From NCBI GenBank assembly GCA_051439505.1, contig JBFRWI010000158.1:1-64000 (forward strand): a stretch of 64,000 nucleotides of DNA, written 5' to 3'. A program made the position numbers and the translations under genes. Positions within the stretch are counted from its first letter, which is position 1. Every line of letters begins with the position of its first letter. Positions 1-9,640 of the stretch are shown piece after piece. This DNA is from Hormoscilla sp. Lineage in GTDB: Bacteria > Cyanobacteriota > Cyanobacteriia > Cyanobacteriales > Desertifilaceae. A model generated the notes under the pieces. That model saw nothing but the letters and a program-made list of their open reading frames with translations. It was not told the DNA's origin and searched no databases.

Positions 1-258
1 CGGAAATAAAGCTATGACAATCAAGTCTGGTTCAATTTCAAAGCATAAATTCAATAGTATCGAGTCAACTGGACGATCGTAATTCAGTTTGTACTCATCG
101 TAGTACAGTTTGGCGATTGTTGCTAAACCCGTCACTTCAAGCAGACTCAACTGTTGATCTATATCTGGAGGTGGCAAATTCGGGTCGCCTCCCCACCACT
201 TGGTTAGCAAAAGCAATATATGTGGCTTGTCTTTAGGTACATTTTTTCGTTTGTTCAC
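1..258 (-). CDS. Partial CDS running off the window start; hypothetical, possibly a glycosyltransferase of the polysaccharide locus
   Basis: Read manually: GTG at 258-256, open frame MNKRKNVPKDKPHILLLLTKWWGGDP...EPDLIVIALFP to base 1; same strand as the wzm/wzt operon. Confidence 0.55.
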   Translation of the reverse strand, partial: MNKRKNVPKDKPHILLLLTKWWGGDPNLPPPDIDQQLSLLEVTGLATIAKLYYDEYKLNYDRPVDSILLNLCFEIEPDLIVIALFP

Positions 259-464
259 TTTTCTAATTTTTTTTCTATTATGATCTATTTCGGCAATTAC
301 CAACCTAGCATGTTTTCATAGCCCATGGTGGTTTCAACTTCTGCGCCTTGCAAATGCCAGTCCCTCTAGATCTGCAACAACCTCAAAACCCAGACGAAGC
401 AATAGCTTGAGGCTATGCATGATAGCAATGAACCCATACCATTTGCATGTTTAGTCACCATTTC

Positions 465-1742
465 CTAATTTTTCACCATCGTTGCCTCAGTCCATGTTGA
501 CTTCAACCAAACCAACCCTGGTTGAGTGTTCAACAGCGATGATTCATCCTCAGCCCTTGGATAAATCACAATCTTTATTGTTTCAGACAACCAGTCTAAA
601 CCTTTAGTTGGAGTTCCCGCGCCAATCAATAATTTATAAGTTCCTGGTCTCAGAGGGTTCGGATCGAGAGTTCCTTTGCTTGTATACACGCCTATTTCTG
701 AAAAACAAGTTGGTGGCATTGATTGAATATTCATACAATCAACCACTCGTGTTGAATCCAAAGTTTCAATAGAAAAGCTCCAGACAACATCCTTCAATGG
801 TTTATTTACTTGAAACACTATTCTAACTGTTAGAGGGCTCCCAAACCAGATCACCCCCTTTTCAGAAGCAGATTCAACTTTTATTTTAACTATTCGCAGG
901 TCTGTTCCATAGTCCTCTATATGGCGCTTTACCTTATCCGTTTCCAGTTCTGCTACATCATGAAGCGATACACTCGATAAGTATTTATCAATGCAATCAT
1001 TTGCATTCCCTCTATAAACAATTTTACCAGATTCTAGCAAAATTCCCTGCTGACATAATCTTCTTACACTAGGCAGGTTGTGACTAACAAACAGCACTGT
1101 CCTTCCTTCTTTTTCTGCTACATCACCCATTTTCCCCAAACACTTCTTTTGAAACTCTACATCCCCTACTGCTAGCACTTCATCTACAATTAATATTTCT
1201 GGTTCCAAGTGCGCAGCGACTGCAAAAGCAAGACGCACATACATTCCTGAAGAATAACGTTTAACTGGAGTATCTATAAATTTTTCTACCTCTGAAAACG
1301 CTACAATTTCATCAAATTTTTTGCTAATTTCTTGTTTCCCCATTCCGAGTATCGCACCATTGAGAAATATATTTTCTCTTCCTGTTAAATCCCCATGAAA
1401 ACCCGTACCTACTTCTAACAGGCTTGCTACTCGTCCTTTTATGCTAATCTTACCACAGGTTGGTTCTGTAATCCTGCTCAAAATTTTCAGTAGCGTTGAT
1501 TTTCCAGCACCATTTTTACCGATAATTCCAATCACCTCTCCCTGGTTAACATCAAAAGATATATCTTTCAATGCCCAAAATTCTTTGTAAGCTGGATTAT
1601 TAGTGTTTTTACCCAATATTTTTCTGATTAAGTTTTTCGATCCATAACTCATCGCATCTCTCAGCGTGTTATGGCGTGTCTGCTGATGTCCAATAATGTA
1701 TTTTTTTCCCAAACTTTCAACCCGAATTATTCGATCAAACAC
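465..1742 (-). CDS. wzt: Polysaccharide ABC transporter ATP-binding protein (Wzt/RfbB) with C-terminal carbohydrate-binding domain, copy 2
   Basis: Walker A GKNGAGKST, signature YSSGM, Walker B ILIVDE, H-loop FVSH, ~170 aa C-terminal extension; GTG start. Confidence 0.92.
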   Translation of the reverse strand: MFDRIIRVESLGKKYIIGHQQTRHNTLRDAMSYGSKNLIRKILGKNTNNPAYKEFWALKDISFDVNQGEVIGIIGKNGAGKSTLLKILSRITEPTCGKISIKGRVASLLEVGTGFHGDLTGRENIFLNGAILGMGKQEISKKFDEIVAFSEVEKFIDTPVKRYSSGMYVRLAFAVAAHLEPEILIVDEVLAVGDVEFQKKCLGKMGDVAEKEGRTVLFVSHNLPSVRRLCQQGILLESGKIVYRGNANDCIDKYLSSVSLHDVAELETDKVKRHIEDYGTDLRIVKIKVESASEKGVIWFGSPLTVRIVFQVNKPLKDVVWSFSIETLDSTRVVDCMNIQSMPPTCFSEIGVYTSKGTLDPNPLRPGTYKLLIGAGTPTKGLDWLSETIKIVIYPRAEDESSLLNTQPGLVWLKSTWTEATMVKN

Positions 1743-1755
1743 AGGTTTTTACTCC

Positions 1756-1824
1756 TTAAATCACATCAGCAAACGTGCGTTCCATCTTGTGGAAATACCA
1801 GATTCCACTGGATCAAAGCAAAAG
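1756..1824 (-). pseudogene. Remnant of a duplicated wzm 3' end
   Basis: Near-identical to 4150-4218; translates LLL*SSGIWYFHKMERTFADVI* versus LLILSSGIWYFRKMERTFADVI* in wzm. Confidence 0.85.
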
Positions 1825-1933
1825 TCCGAAATTATCGAACAGCAAATCAAACTCCTCGGGATTTATGCGTTGATTACTTATATAGGTCACCTAATAATAA
1901 GCTACTCCTCCAGTAAGTCATTTACACCTGTAG

Positions 1934-2815
1934 TCATTCCGTTTCAAGTTCCTCACTATATTTCTTTCCTCTTATATAGTACCAACCAAATTTTACCATT
2001 TCATACCGTGGAGTACCGAGCAGGTTTTTTGTCGATTTCAACAGATTCACTTTTAGTACAACAACTTGGAATTTCAGCTCATCAAGTATCCTTTGCAACC
2101 ACATTCTCATCTGTGCTCTCCAACTCGAATATAATGGTCTGTTTATCACCTTTGGATCTCGAGGCATTCCCGTTCCCAATTTTTCATGCCAGCGATTTAA
2201 AAATGTTTCTATGTCTTTGTCTAGATACTTGCTCGTATTGCCTTGTTCTACTATCTCTATACTCCCCAATTCTTTTGGATCTGAAATCAACCATGCGCTG
2301 GGACAAGTAGAAACTTGTCCTCCCTTCTCCCAGGTTCTCAAGCTCAGATCTGGATCTGACCAGAAACTCTTGAAAACTGGGTCAAGATACCCACCAACCC
2401 TAGTAATCGTATTTCTCGATGTGCAACCAAAACAAACCTGTAACTTTCCATAGATTAACCATTGTGGCTCTTCCACTCCATTTTTTCTTTTTACTCTAAA
2501 CACTCCAATAAATGGATCTGGCTTTCCTTTAACAAAATTCAACATTTCAACTAAACAATTGTTGGTTGGAGAGATGTCATCTGTCCAAATGACTATGTAC
2601 TTCCCCGATGAATTTGCATAAGCCATATTCTGAGCACAAACACTTCCTTTTGGCTCATCTTCTAGAACATGAATTACCCTATCGCCTTCCACTACGAAGG
2701 GACTAACAACTATAATTTCATAATCTACTTCTCCATTCGTCTGAGAAAACTCCTCAATTCTTTTGATTGTGTTCTCTCGCCTAAGCGAGGGGAGCAAGAT
2801 GCTTAATTCTGGCAT
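1934..2815 (-). CDS. Glycosyltransferase family 2 protein
   Basis: N-terminal LSILLPS, YEIIVV, DxD-like WTDDI, D.DL motif (WSDPDLSLR); lies within the wzm/wzt operon. Confidence 0.8.
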   Translation of the reverse strand: MPELSILLPSLRRENTIKRIEEFSQTNGEVDYEIIVVSPFVVEGDRVIHVLEDEPKGSVCAQNMAYANSSGKYIVIWTDDISPTNNCLVEMLNFVKGKPDPFIGVFRVKRKNGVEEPQWLIYGKLQVCFGCTSRNTITRVGGYLDPVFKSFWSDPDLSLRTWEKGGQVSTCPSAWLISDPKELGSIEIVEQGNTSKYLDKDIETFLNRWHEKLGTGMPRDPKVINRPLYSSWRAQMRMWLQRILDELKFQVVVLKVNLLKSTKNLLGTPRYEMVKFGWYYIRGKKYSEELETE

Positions 2816-2827
2816 TTTTCTTCTTAA

Positions 2828-4135
2828 TTAGTTATACTCAGCGAAAGACTGTCCAATTACAAAGAATCCTTGCTCGTAATCTGCTCTGATTACACAATCC
2901 GTTCCAAATGGACGGCAATCAACGATTTGAAAACCCACTGCTTTTTTCCATTCATCGAGTCTTTCAATTTTGGCGATATAGTCTTTTTGTTTTCTATAAA
3001 TTAAACAAAGGGTCATTGTATATTCCCCTTCACTAAGGGTGAGTGGAGTTATCTCTATTTTTACTTTTCTTACTTCCTTACTAAAATATCTATTGTGATG
3101 ATCTCCTGAACCCATACAAACCAGTTGCTCTATTACTCCGCAATGAGCTATGTAAAACTCTAGACTAAATATTCCTTCTTCAATCTGTCCTCCCAATTCA
3201 ACAATTAATGCTAAGCTTTGACCATATTTAAATTCATTATTATGCTTTCTTTCTTCCCTATTTATAATTTCGACAGATTTTATGTAAAAGTTCAAACATT
3301 CAATATCTTTCACCGATCTTTCGGCAACCCTGGCAGATTTATCCCAATTACCAACCTCACGCTGTGAGTAATCTTTGATTACCTCTGGTGTGAGCCCAAT
3401 CTTCACTATTTCTCCTTTATCTAAATAAATAGTTTTTTCACACAATTTAGCTACTGCATCCATATTATGACTAACAAATAGCACTGTTCGTCCGCCCTGT
3501 CTTACCTCCCCTATCTTACCTAGACATTTTTTTTGAAAAGATATATCTCCAACAGCTAAAACTTCATCCACAATCAAAATTTCAGGCTCCAAATGAGCTG
3601 CTACAGCAAATGCTAATCTCACATACATCCCGCTAGAATAACGCTTAACTGGAGTATCTATAAACTGTTCAATCTCTGAAAATGCTACAATTTCGTCAAA
3701 CTTATTTTTAATTTCTTTTTTGCTCATTCCTAGGATCGCCCCATTGAGAAATATATTTTCTCTTCCTGTTAAATCGCCATGAAACCCAGTTCCCACTTCT
3801 AATAGACTTGCTACTCGACCTTTCATATCAATCCTGCCACGAGTAGGATCTGTAATCCTACTCAATATTTTTAGTAAAGTAGACTTTCCTGCACCATTGC
3901 GACCGATAATTCCTACAACTTCACCCCGCTTAATCTCAAACGATACATCTTTCAATGCCCAAAATTCTTCGCGAGCTGGATTTGGAATGTTTTTGCTAAA
4001 ATATTTTCGTAGATGGCGACTTATGTTTTTTGCTCCGTAACTCATCGCATCTCTCAGGGTGTTATGACGTGACTGCTGATGTCCAATAATGTATTTTTTC
4101 CCCAAATTCTCTACCTGGATTACTCTATCAGACAC
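2828..4135 (-). CDS. wzt: Polysaccharide ABC transporter ATP-binding protein (Wzt/RfbB) with C-terminal domain, copy 1
   Basis: GRNGAGKST, YSSGM, ILIVDE, FVSH; directly downstream of wzm. Confidence 0.93.
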   Translation of the reverse strand: MSDRVIQVENLGKKYIIGHQQSRHNTLRDAMSYGAKNISRHLRKYFSKNIPNPAREEFWALKDVSFEIKRGEVVGIIGRNGAGKSTLLKILSRITDPTRGRIDMKGRVASLLEVGTGFHGDLTGRENIFLNGAILGMSKKEIKNKFDEIVAFSEIEQFIDTPVKRYSSGMYVRLAFAVAAHLEPEILIVDEVLAVGDISFQKKCLGKIGEVRQGGRTVLFVSHNMDAVAKLCEKTIYLDKGEIVKIGLTPEVIKDYSQREVGNWDKSARVAERSVKDIECLNFYIKSVEIINREERKHNNEFKYGQSLALIVELGGQIEEGIFSLEFYIAHCGVIEQLVCMGSGDHHNRYFSKEVRKVKIEITPLTLSEGEYTMTLCLIYRKQKDYIAKIERLDEWKKAVGFQIVDCRPFGTDCVIRADYEQGFFVIGQSFAEYN

Positions 4136-4149
4136 AAGTTTTTCCCTCC

Positions 4150-4983
4150 CTAAATCACATCAGCAAACGTGCGTTCCATCTTGCGGAAATACCAGATTCC
4201 ACTAGATAAAATCAAAAGCACTAATCCTAACGAAAGTGCAAAACCTGGCAAGTACAGCATTGATTTTCCCCCCAGTATAGCCCAGCGAAAGCCATCTATT
4301 ACTCCCACCATTGGATTGATAGAATATATCAACCGCCACTGTTGTGGAACAACGTTGCTACTGAAGCCTACTGGAGATATATATAAACCAAATTGAACTA
4401 AGAATCCTACTATATAACGAAAATCTCTATATTTAACGTTTAGGGATGCTATCCACAGTCCTCCTCCCATTGCTGCTGCAAATGCGATCGCCATAAAAAA
4501 CGGCAGTGTCAGGATGCGCCAACTAGGGATGAAGTTGTACCAAGCCATTAGCCCCAACAATATCATTCCCGAGACTAAGAAGTCCACGAAGCTGACTATG
4601 ACTGCACTGGCAGGTACAATCAAGCGGGGAAAATATACTTTAGAAATCAGATGAGCATTGCTCAGCAAACTATTGCTACATTCTGAAAGCGCATTCGCAA
4701 AGAACTGCCAAGGCAGCATTGCCGCAAATACTAAAATTGGATAGGGCACTCCATCTGAGGGCAGTTTGGCTAGCTTGCCAAATACCACCGTGAATACAAC
4801 CATCGTTAAAAACGGTCTGATCAATGCCCATGCCATCCCGATCGCGGTTTGCTTGTATCTTACTAATATATCCCGCCATGCCAGGAAGTAAAATAACTCT
4901 CTGTAGCGCCACAGGTCTTGCCAATACTGGCGTTCCGTGCGTCCCGCCTCAATCACCAATTCTGTTTGACTGGAATTACTCAT
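4150..4983 (-). CDS. wzm: ABC-2 polysaccharide export permease (Wzm)
   Basis: RDILVRYKQT.IG..W motif, multiple hydrophobic segments, NP..G.IDGFR, C-terminal FADVI. Confidence 0.93.
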   Translation of the reverse strand: MSNSSQTELVIEAGRTERQYWQDLWRYRELFYFLAWRDILVRYKQTAIGMAWALIRPFLTMVVFTVVFGKLAKLPSDGVPYPILVFAAMLPWQFFANALSECSNSLLSNAHLISKVYFPRLIVPASAVIVSFVDFLVSGMILLGLMAWYNFIPSWRILTLPFFMAIAFAAAMGGGLWIASLNVKYRDFRYIVGFLVQFGLYISPVGFSSNVVPQQWRLIYSINPMVGVIDGFRWAILGGKSMLYLPGFALSLGLVLLILSSGIWYFRKMERTFADVI

Positions 4984-5179
4984 GTGTCAATTGATGTTTT
5001 CTAGATCAAAATGTTGAGGCTGATGCTACAGACACTTACCTTAGCCCACTCATCTTGCAATCTGTTAATGGCTACAGGGGCATATTTTAATATTCCCGAT
5101 CGCATTTCCCTTTTTTCTGGAACAATAGGTATATATCCCAACGGGATATCCCTATTGATTTTATCGTGGAGACGGCGTA

Positions 5180-6547
5180 ATGCCTATTGCTACCATCAAC
5201 CCCGCCACCGGCGAAACACTCAAAACCTTTACACCCCTGACAGACGCTGAACTTGAGGAGAAGCTAGCCAACTCTCAACAAGCTTATCAAAACTACCGGC
5301 ACATACCCTTCGCCCAAAAAGCCCAATGGTTGAACCATGCAGCTGATATCCTAGAGCAGGATGCCTCAAATTTTGGCAAAATCATGACCACGGAAATGGG
5401 TAAGCCCCTCAAGTCCGCGATCGCGGAAGCCCAAAAATGCGCCTTAGTCTGCCGCTACTACGCTGAAAACGCCCCAACTTTCCTAGCAGACACGCCCACA
5501 TCCACGGATGCTAGCACCAGTTTTCTGCGCTACCAGCCTCTCGGTCCCATTTTAGCGGTCATGCCCTGGAATTTTCCCTTTTGGCAGGTGTTTCGCTTTG
5601 CGGCACCGGCACTGATGGCTGGCAATGTGGGTTTACTGAAACATGCCTCTAATGTACCCCAATCTGCTCTCGCGATCCAGGACATTATACAAAAGGCTGG
5701 CTTTCCATCAGGAGTTTTCCAAACTTTGTTAGTTGGTGCTGACAAGGTTGCTCAGATCGTAGCAGACGATCGCGTGAAGGCTGCTACCCTCACTGGCTCG
5801 GAAGCTGCCGGTGCCAGTCTCGCTGCCGCTGCTGGCAAGCATATTAAAAAGACCGTGCTGGAATTGGGTGGATCAGATCCATATATAGTATTACCCAGTG
5901 CTGACCTGGATGCCGCGATCGCCACTGCTGTAACCGCGAGAATGCTCAATAATGGCCAATCCTGCATTGCTGCTAAGCGCTTTATTCTCGCAGAGGCGAT
6001 CGCGGATGAATTCCAGCAAGGCTTGCACCAGCGGTTTGAGTCTCTTAAGGTGGGAGATCCCATGGATGAGTCTACAGATGTTGGCCCCCTGGCAACCCCC
6101 GGTATTTTATCAGAATTAGATGGTCTAGTTCAAGACTGTGTCAAGAAAGGGGCCAAAGTTATAACCGGTGGACAGCCTTTGTCCGATCGCCCTGGCAACT
6201 TCTATCCCCCTACCATCATCACTGATATTCCGCCAGGGACACCGGCAGATACAGAAGAATTTTTTGGACCGGTGGCACTACTGTTCCGAGTTCCCGATAT
6301 TGATGCAGCTATTCGCCTCGCCAATGCCACGCCCTTGGGACTGGGTGCCAGTGCCTGGACAAATGACCCCCAAGAACAGGAACGCCTGATCTCAGAACTG
6401 GAAGCGGGTGCCGTGTTCGTCAACGGTATGGTAAAATCAGATCCTCGCGTCCCCTTTGGCGGCATCAAGCGTTCTGGCTACGGTCGCGAATTAGGCATCC
6501 AAGGGATTCACGAATTTGTCAACATTAAAACGGTCTGGGTAAAATAG
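5180..6547 (+). CDS. gabD: NAD(P)-dependent succinate-semialdehyde dehydrogenase
   Basis: ALDH motifs PWNFP, LTGS, LELGG, catalytic GQSCIA, EEFFGP, PFGGIKRSG; paired with a ThDP decarboxylase as in the cyanobacterial TCA bypass. Confidence 0.9.
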   Translation: MPIATINPATGETLKTFTPLTDAELEEKLANSQQAYQNYRHIPFAQKAQWLNHAADILEQDASNFGKIMTTEMGKPLKSAIAEAQKCALVCRYYAENAPTFLADTPTSTDASTSFLRYQPLGPILAVMPWNFPFWQVFRFAAPALMAGNVGLLKHASNVPQSALAIQDIIQKAGFPSGVFQTLLVGADKVAQIVADDRVKAATLTGSEAAGASLAAAAGKHIKKTVLELGGSDPYIVLPSADLDAAIATAVTARMLNNGQSCIAAKRFILAEAIADEFQQGLHQRFESLKVGDPMDESTDVGPLATPGILSELDGLVQDCVKKGAKVITGGQPLSDRPGNFYPPTIITDIPPGTPADTEEFFGPVALLFRVPDIDAAIRLANATPLGLGASAWTNDPQEQERLISELEAGAVFVNGMVKSDPRVPFGGIKRSGYGRELGIQGIHEFVNIKTVWVK

Positions 6548-6552
6548 CTACT

Positions 6553-6580
6553 TTAGGGGCAATTCATGAATTGCCCCAAA
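6553..6580. repeat. REP-like palindrome TAGGGGCAATTCATGAATTGCCCC
   Basis: Perfect palindromic core GGGGCAATTCATGAATTGCCCC just after the gabD stop. Confidence 0.7.
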
Positions 6581-6603
6581 CCCCGATGGCCAATCACAAA
6601 TTA

Positions 6604-6730
6604 TCATCTGTCGCGCATTGAAACTGAAACGTTCGCCTGATGGCAAAATAGTGACAACCCTGTGACTTGCAAGCGTTTCAGCCATGAACGTCATTTTGTC
6701 AATAGGTAATTTAAATGCGCTCACAGGTGA
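6604..6730. mobile_element. MITE-like element with imperfect terminal inverted repeats
   Basis: TCATCTGTCGCGCATT ... AATGCGCTCACAGGTGA; same terminal family as 9470-9592. Confidence 0.5.
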
Positions 6731-6754
6731 AATTACCAATCAGAAATCACGATT

Positions 6755-8392
6755 ATGAACACAGCGGAATTATTGGTCAAGTGCTTAGAAAACGAAGGCG
6801 TCGAGTACGTCTTTGGACTTCCTGGAGAAGAAAACATGGAAGTCCTCAAATTCATGAGCAAGTCTTCTATTAAATTTATCACCACGCGCCACGAACAAGG
6901 TGCGGCTTTCATGGCAGATGTATACGGGCGTCTGACTGGCAAAGCTGGTGTCTGTCTGTCTACCCTCGGTCCTGGTGCTACTAACCTCATGACTGGGGTG
7001 GCAGATGCTAACCTTGATGGTGCCCCTGTGGTAGCTATTACCGGTCAGGTGGGCACGGACCGGATGCACATCGAATCCCATCAATACTTGGATTTGGTGG
7101 CGATGTTTACACCGGTGACAAAATGGAACACCCAAATTGTGCGACCCAGCATTACGCCGGAAATTGTGCGTAAGGCGTTTAAGCGCGCTCAAAGCGAAAA
7201 GCCAGGAGCCGTTCACATCGATTTGCCCGAAAATATCGCTGCTATGCCGGTCGAGGGTAAACCTCTCAATAAGGACAAACAGGAAAAATCATTTGCCGCC
7301 TACCATGGCATCAACGAAGCTGCTGTTGCGATCTCGAAATCCTCCCATCCCCTGATTCTCGTAGGAAATGGGGCAATTCGTGGCTCTGCAAGTGAGGCAC
7401 TGATGGAATTTGCTACCCAGCTGAAGATTCCCGTGGGTAATACGTTTATGGGTAAAGGTGCCATCCCCTATACTCATCCTCTGTCACTCTGGACTACGGG
7501 ACTCAAACAACGAGATTATATCAGTTGTGCTTTTGACCGCACGGATTTGGTAATCGCGGTGGGCTACGATTTGATTGAGTTTTCCCCGAAAAAATGGAAT
7601 CCTGAAGGCAAGATTCCGATTATTCATATTGGGGCGACTCCTGCTGAGATTGATAGCAGCTATATCCCGAGCGTGGAAGTGGTGGGGGATATTTCTGATT
7701 CCCTCAATGAAATTTTGCGCCGCGCTGAACGATCGGTCAAACCTGACCCCTATATAGCTGAGTTACGCTCGGAAATTCGGGCAGATTACGAACAGTATGC
7801 GGACGATGATGGGTTTCCTATCAAGCCCCAGAAGTTAATCTACGACCTGCGCCAGGTGATGGGACCTGATGATATTGCTATCTCTGATGTGGGCGCTCAC
7901 AAAATGTGGATGGCCCGCCATTATCACTGCGATCGCCCTAATACCTGCATTATTTCTAATGGTTTTGCTGCCATGGGGATCGCGATTCCTGGGGCGATCG
8001 CTGCTAAACTGGTTTACCCCGATCGCAAGGTGGTAGCGGTGACTGGGGATGGCGGTTTTATGATGAACTGTCAGGAGTTGGAAACTGCCCTGCGGGTGGG
8101 AAATCCTTTTGTGACCATCATATTTAATGATGGGGGCTACGGTTTAATCGAGTGGAAGCAGCAAGACCATTATGGCGAGTCTGCTTTCATTAAGTTTGGC
8201 AATCCTGATTTTGTCAAGTTCGCAGAAAGTATGGGCTTAAAGGGATATAGAATCGAATCTGCTGCTGATTTGATTCCTACTCTGAAAGATGCACTCGTCC
8301 AAGAGGTTCCTGCTGTGATTGATTGTCCTGTGGACTACCGCGAAAATATCCGGTTTAGTCAAAAATCTGGGGGGTTAAGCTGCCCTATTTAA
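6755..8392 (+). CDS. ThDP-dependent acetolactate-synthase-like enzyme, most likely 2-oxoglutarate decarboxylase (OgdA)
   Basis: FGLPGEEN, RHEQGAAFMAD, TLGPGATN, ThDP motif GDGGF..N; adjacency to succinic semialdehyde dehydrogenase matches the known cyanobacterial ogdA-ssaD arrangement. Confidence 0.85.
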   Translation: MNTAELLVKCLENEGVEYVFGLPGEENMEVLKFMSKSSIKFITTRHEQGAAFMADVYGRLTGKAGVCLSTLGPGATNLMTGVADANLDGAPVVAITGQVGTDRMHIESHQYLDLVAMFTPVTKWNTQIVRPSITPEIVRKAFKRAQSEKPGAVHIDLPENIAAMPVEGKPLNKDKQEKSFAAYHGINEAAVAISKSSHPLILVGNGAIRGSASEALMEFATQLKIPVGNTFMGKGAIPYTHPLSLWTTGLKQRDYISCAFDRTDLVIAVGYDLIEFSPKKWNPEGKIPIIHIGATPAEIDSSYIPSVEVVGDISDSLNEILRRAERSVKPDPYIAELRSEIRADYEQYADDDGFPIKPQKLIYDLRQVMGPDDIAISDVGAHKMWMARHYHCDRPNTCIISNGFAAMGIAIPGAIAAKLVYPDRKVVAVTGDGGFMMNCQELETALRVGNPFVTIIFNDGGYGLIEWKQQDHYGESAFIKFGNPDFVKFAESMGLKGYRIESAADLIPTLKDALVQEVPAVIDCPVDYRENIRFSQKSGGLSCPI

Positions 8393-8424
8393 CAGCCAAA
8401 AGTTATTAGAGAACAATTATTAGT

Positions 8425-8470
8425 GATAAGCAATGCTAAATTTCAATTCGGCATTGCTTATCCTATTTTT
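8425..8470 (+). terminator. Probable intrinsic terminator after the decarboxylase gene
   Basis: Stem GATAAGCAATGC / GCATTGCTTATC followed by CTATTTTT. Confidence 0.55.
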
Positions 8471-8526
8471 ACAAGAACATGCTACAATTAGTTGCAGCGT
8501 CATTTTATTAGTCGGTTTTAACTTGC

Positions 8527-8692
8527 GATCTTGCACCATTCTCGATTAGAAAATCGATAAGTCCGTAGTCGTCCTCACCCGTTCCCAGGCATATCCGTGG
8601 GAACGAGGGTGGGGCGAGACAAACCTTCGCCGCCTGCGCGGGCTATATTACAGGCATTATCGTTGCACCCGCCCCATCGTGAGATGCACCCG
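8527..8692. mobile_element. Short dispersed repeat/MITE (GATCTTGCACCATT...GAGATGCACCCG ends)
   Basis: Ends resemble a common cyanobacterial short mobile repeat (recalled); contains an internal CGTTCCCA..TGGGAACG palindrome. Confidence 0.45.
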
Positions 8693-8693
8693 T

Positions 8694-8840
8694 TCACTTT
8701 TCGCCTCTGAGATGACACCTCCGATGGACTAACCCGGAATTTTGAGGATTAACAACTGTCGGAGTTGCTGTCAGCACTACCACTCCTTCTGAATTAACAT
8801 ACCATCCTTGGGCTTCGACAATCTCTGGAGATCTCGTATT
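8694..8840 (-). pseudogene. C-terminal remnant of a filamentous-haemagglutinin-family protein
   Basis: Manual translation SPEIVEAQGWYVNSEGVVVLTATPTVVNPQNSGLVHRRCHLRGEK*; IVEAQGW...VVLTA is the typical C-terminus of cyanobacterial FHA-like exoproteins; in-frame stop upstream, no start. Confidence 0.6.
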
Positions 8841-9260
8841 TTATTCTGCGAGCGATCGGCGATCGGGTCTGCACAATAAATTGACATAACAAATTCTTAT
8901 GAGGGCAAGCGCATCTAATTTTGTATAACTGATAACAGAAAAATTTTCACTTAGACTAGACTATTTTGTCACGCGATGTGCAAATTTCTACGGCAGAACA
9001 ACGGTTTGGATCTCTTTTGCGGAAAATGTTGTTCTCAAAACTCTCCTTATGTCGTGGACACCGAAAAGTTACACAGGGCGTAACATATTAGCATAGCTTA
9101 TATAAAATATAATTTATTTAAATAACTCGCTGCTTGGGAAAATGCTATGTTGTTATTAGTTATATATATATAACATGGCTCTTCTGGGTTTTTATTAAAA
9201 ATGGATCACAAAATACCAAATTAAGTAGCCGAAAAAGGCTGAAACCCTTGATTTGGCGTA

Positions 9261-9386
9261 TATATAGCGTTTGTCAGAATGATGTGATATGATGATATCC
9301 GATAGATGTGATACGGCAAAGGGTATGTCCCATAAGGGTTTGAGCTATTTTACCAGAGATCGCACCAATTTGAGAAATGCTATATA
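9261..9386. mobile_element. MITE with ~28-bp imperfect terminal inverted repeats
   Basis: Left TATATAGCGTTTGTCAGAATGATGTGAT; reverse complement of right end TATATAGCATTTCTCAAATTGGTGCGAT; related copy at 19540-19734. Confidence 0.7.
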
Positions 9387-9469
9387 AGTTGTACTTATCA
9401 CTATAAGTACAGGAGACACTAAAAAATTGCCTACGCTAGTTCTACAGAGTGACAAAAGAGTGCTATAGT

Positions 9470-9592
9470 TAAGCTGTGATGCATTGAAATTGCATAGTCA
9501 AAATTGCCATCATGGCAGAAACGCTTATGGGTCGAGAGTTACCTCGATTCTACCGGAGGCCCCAATATGCAGTTTAGATGCGCGACAGCTTA
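9470..9592. mobile_element. MITE (TAAGCTGT..GCAT / ATGCGCGACAGCTTA ends)
   Basis: Imperfect terminal inverted repeats; a similar right end recurs at ~17093-17112. Confidence 0.65.
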
Positions 9593-9640
9593 TATAGTCT
9601 AAAACTCTCCGCTGTTCGCTGTCCCCTATTCCAAATAGCC

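Noticed and set aside
280..460. Possible gene remnant between wzt and the partial ORF
   Set aside because: Only a short open stretch (LKLLLRLGFEVVADLEG...) without start or diagnostic motif
1671..2453. Plus-strand ORFs 1671-1916, 1696-2310, 2211-2453 and similar antisense ORFs throughout
   Set aside because: Shadows of well-supported genes on the opposite strand or frame, with no motifs
9578..9640. N-terminal extension of the methyltransferase from ATG 9578
   Set aside because: That ATG lies in a MITE terminal repeat; ATG 9641 is more plausible
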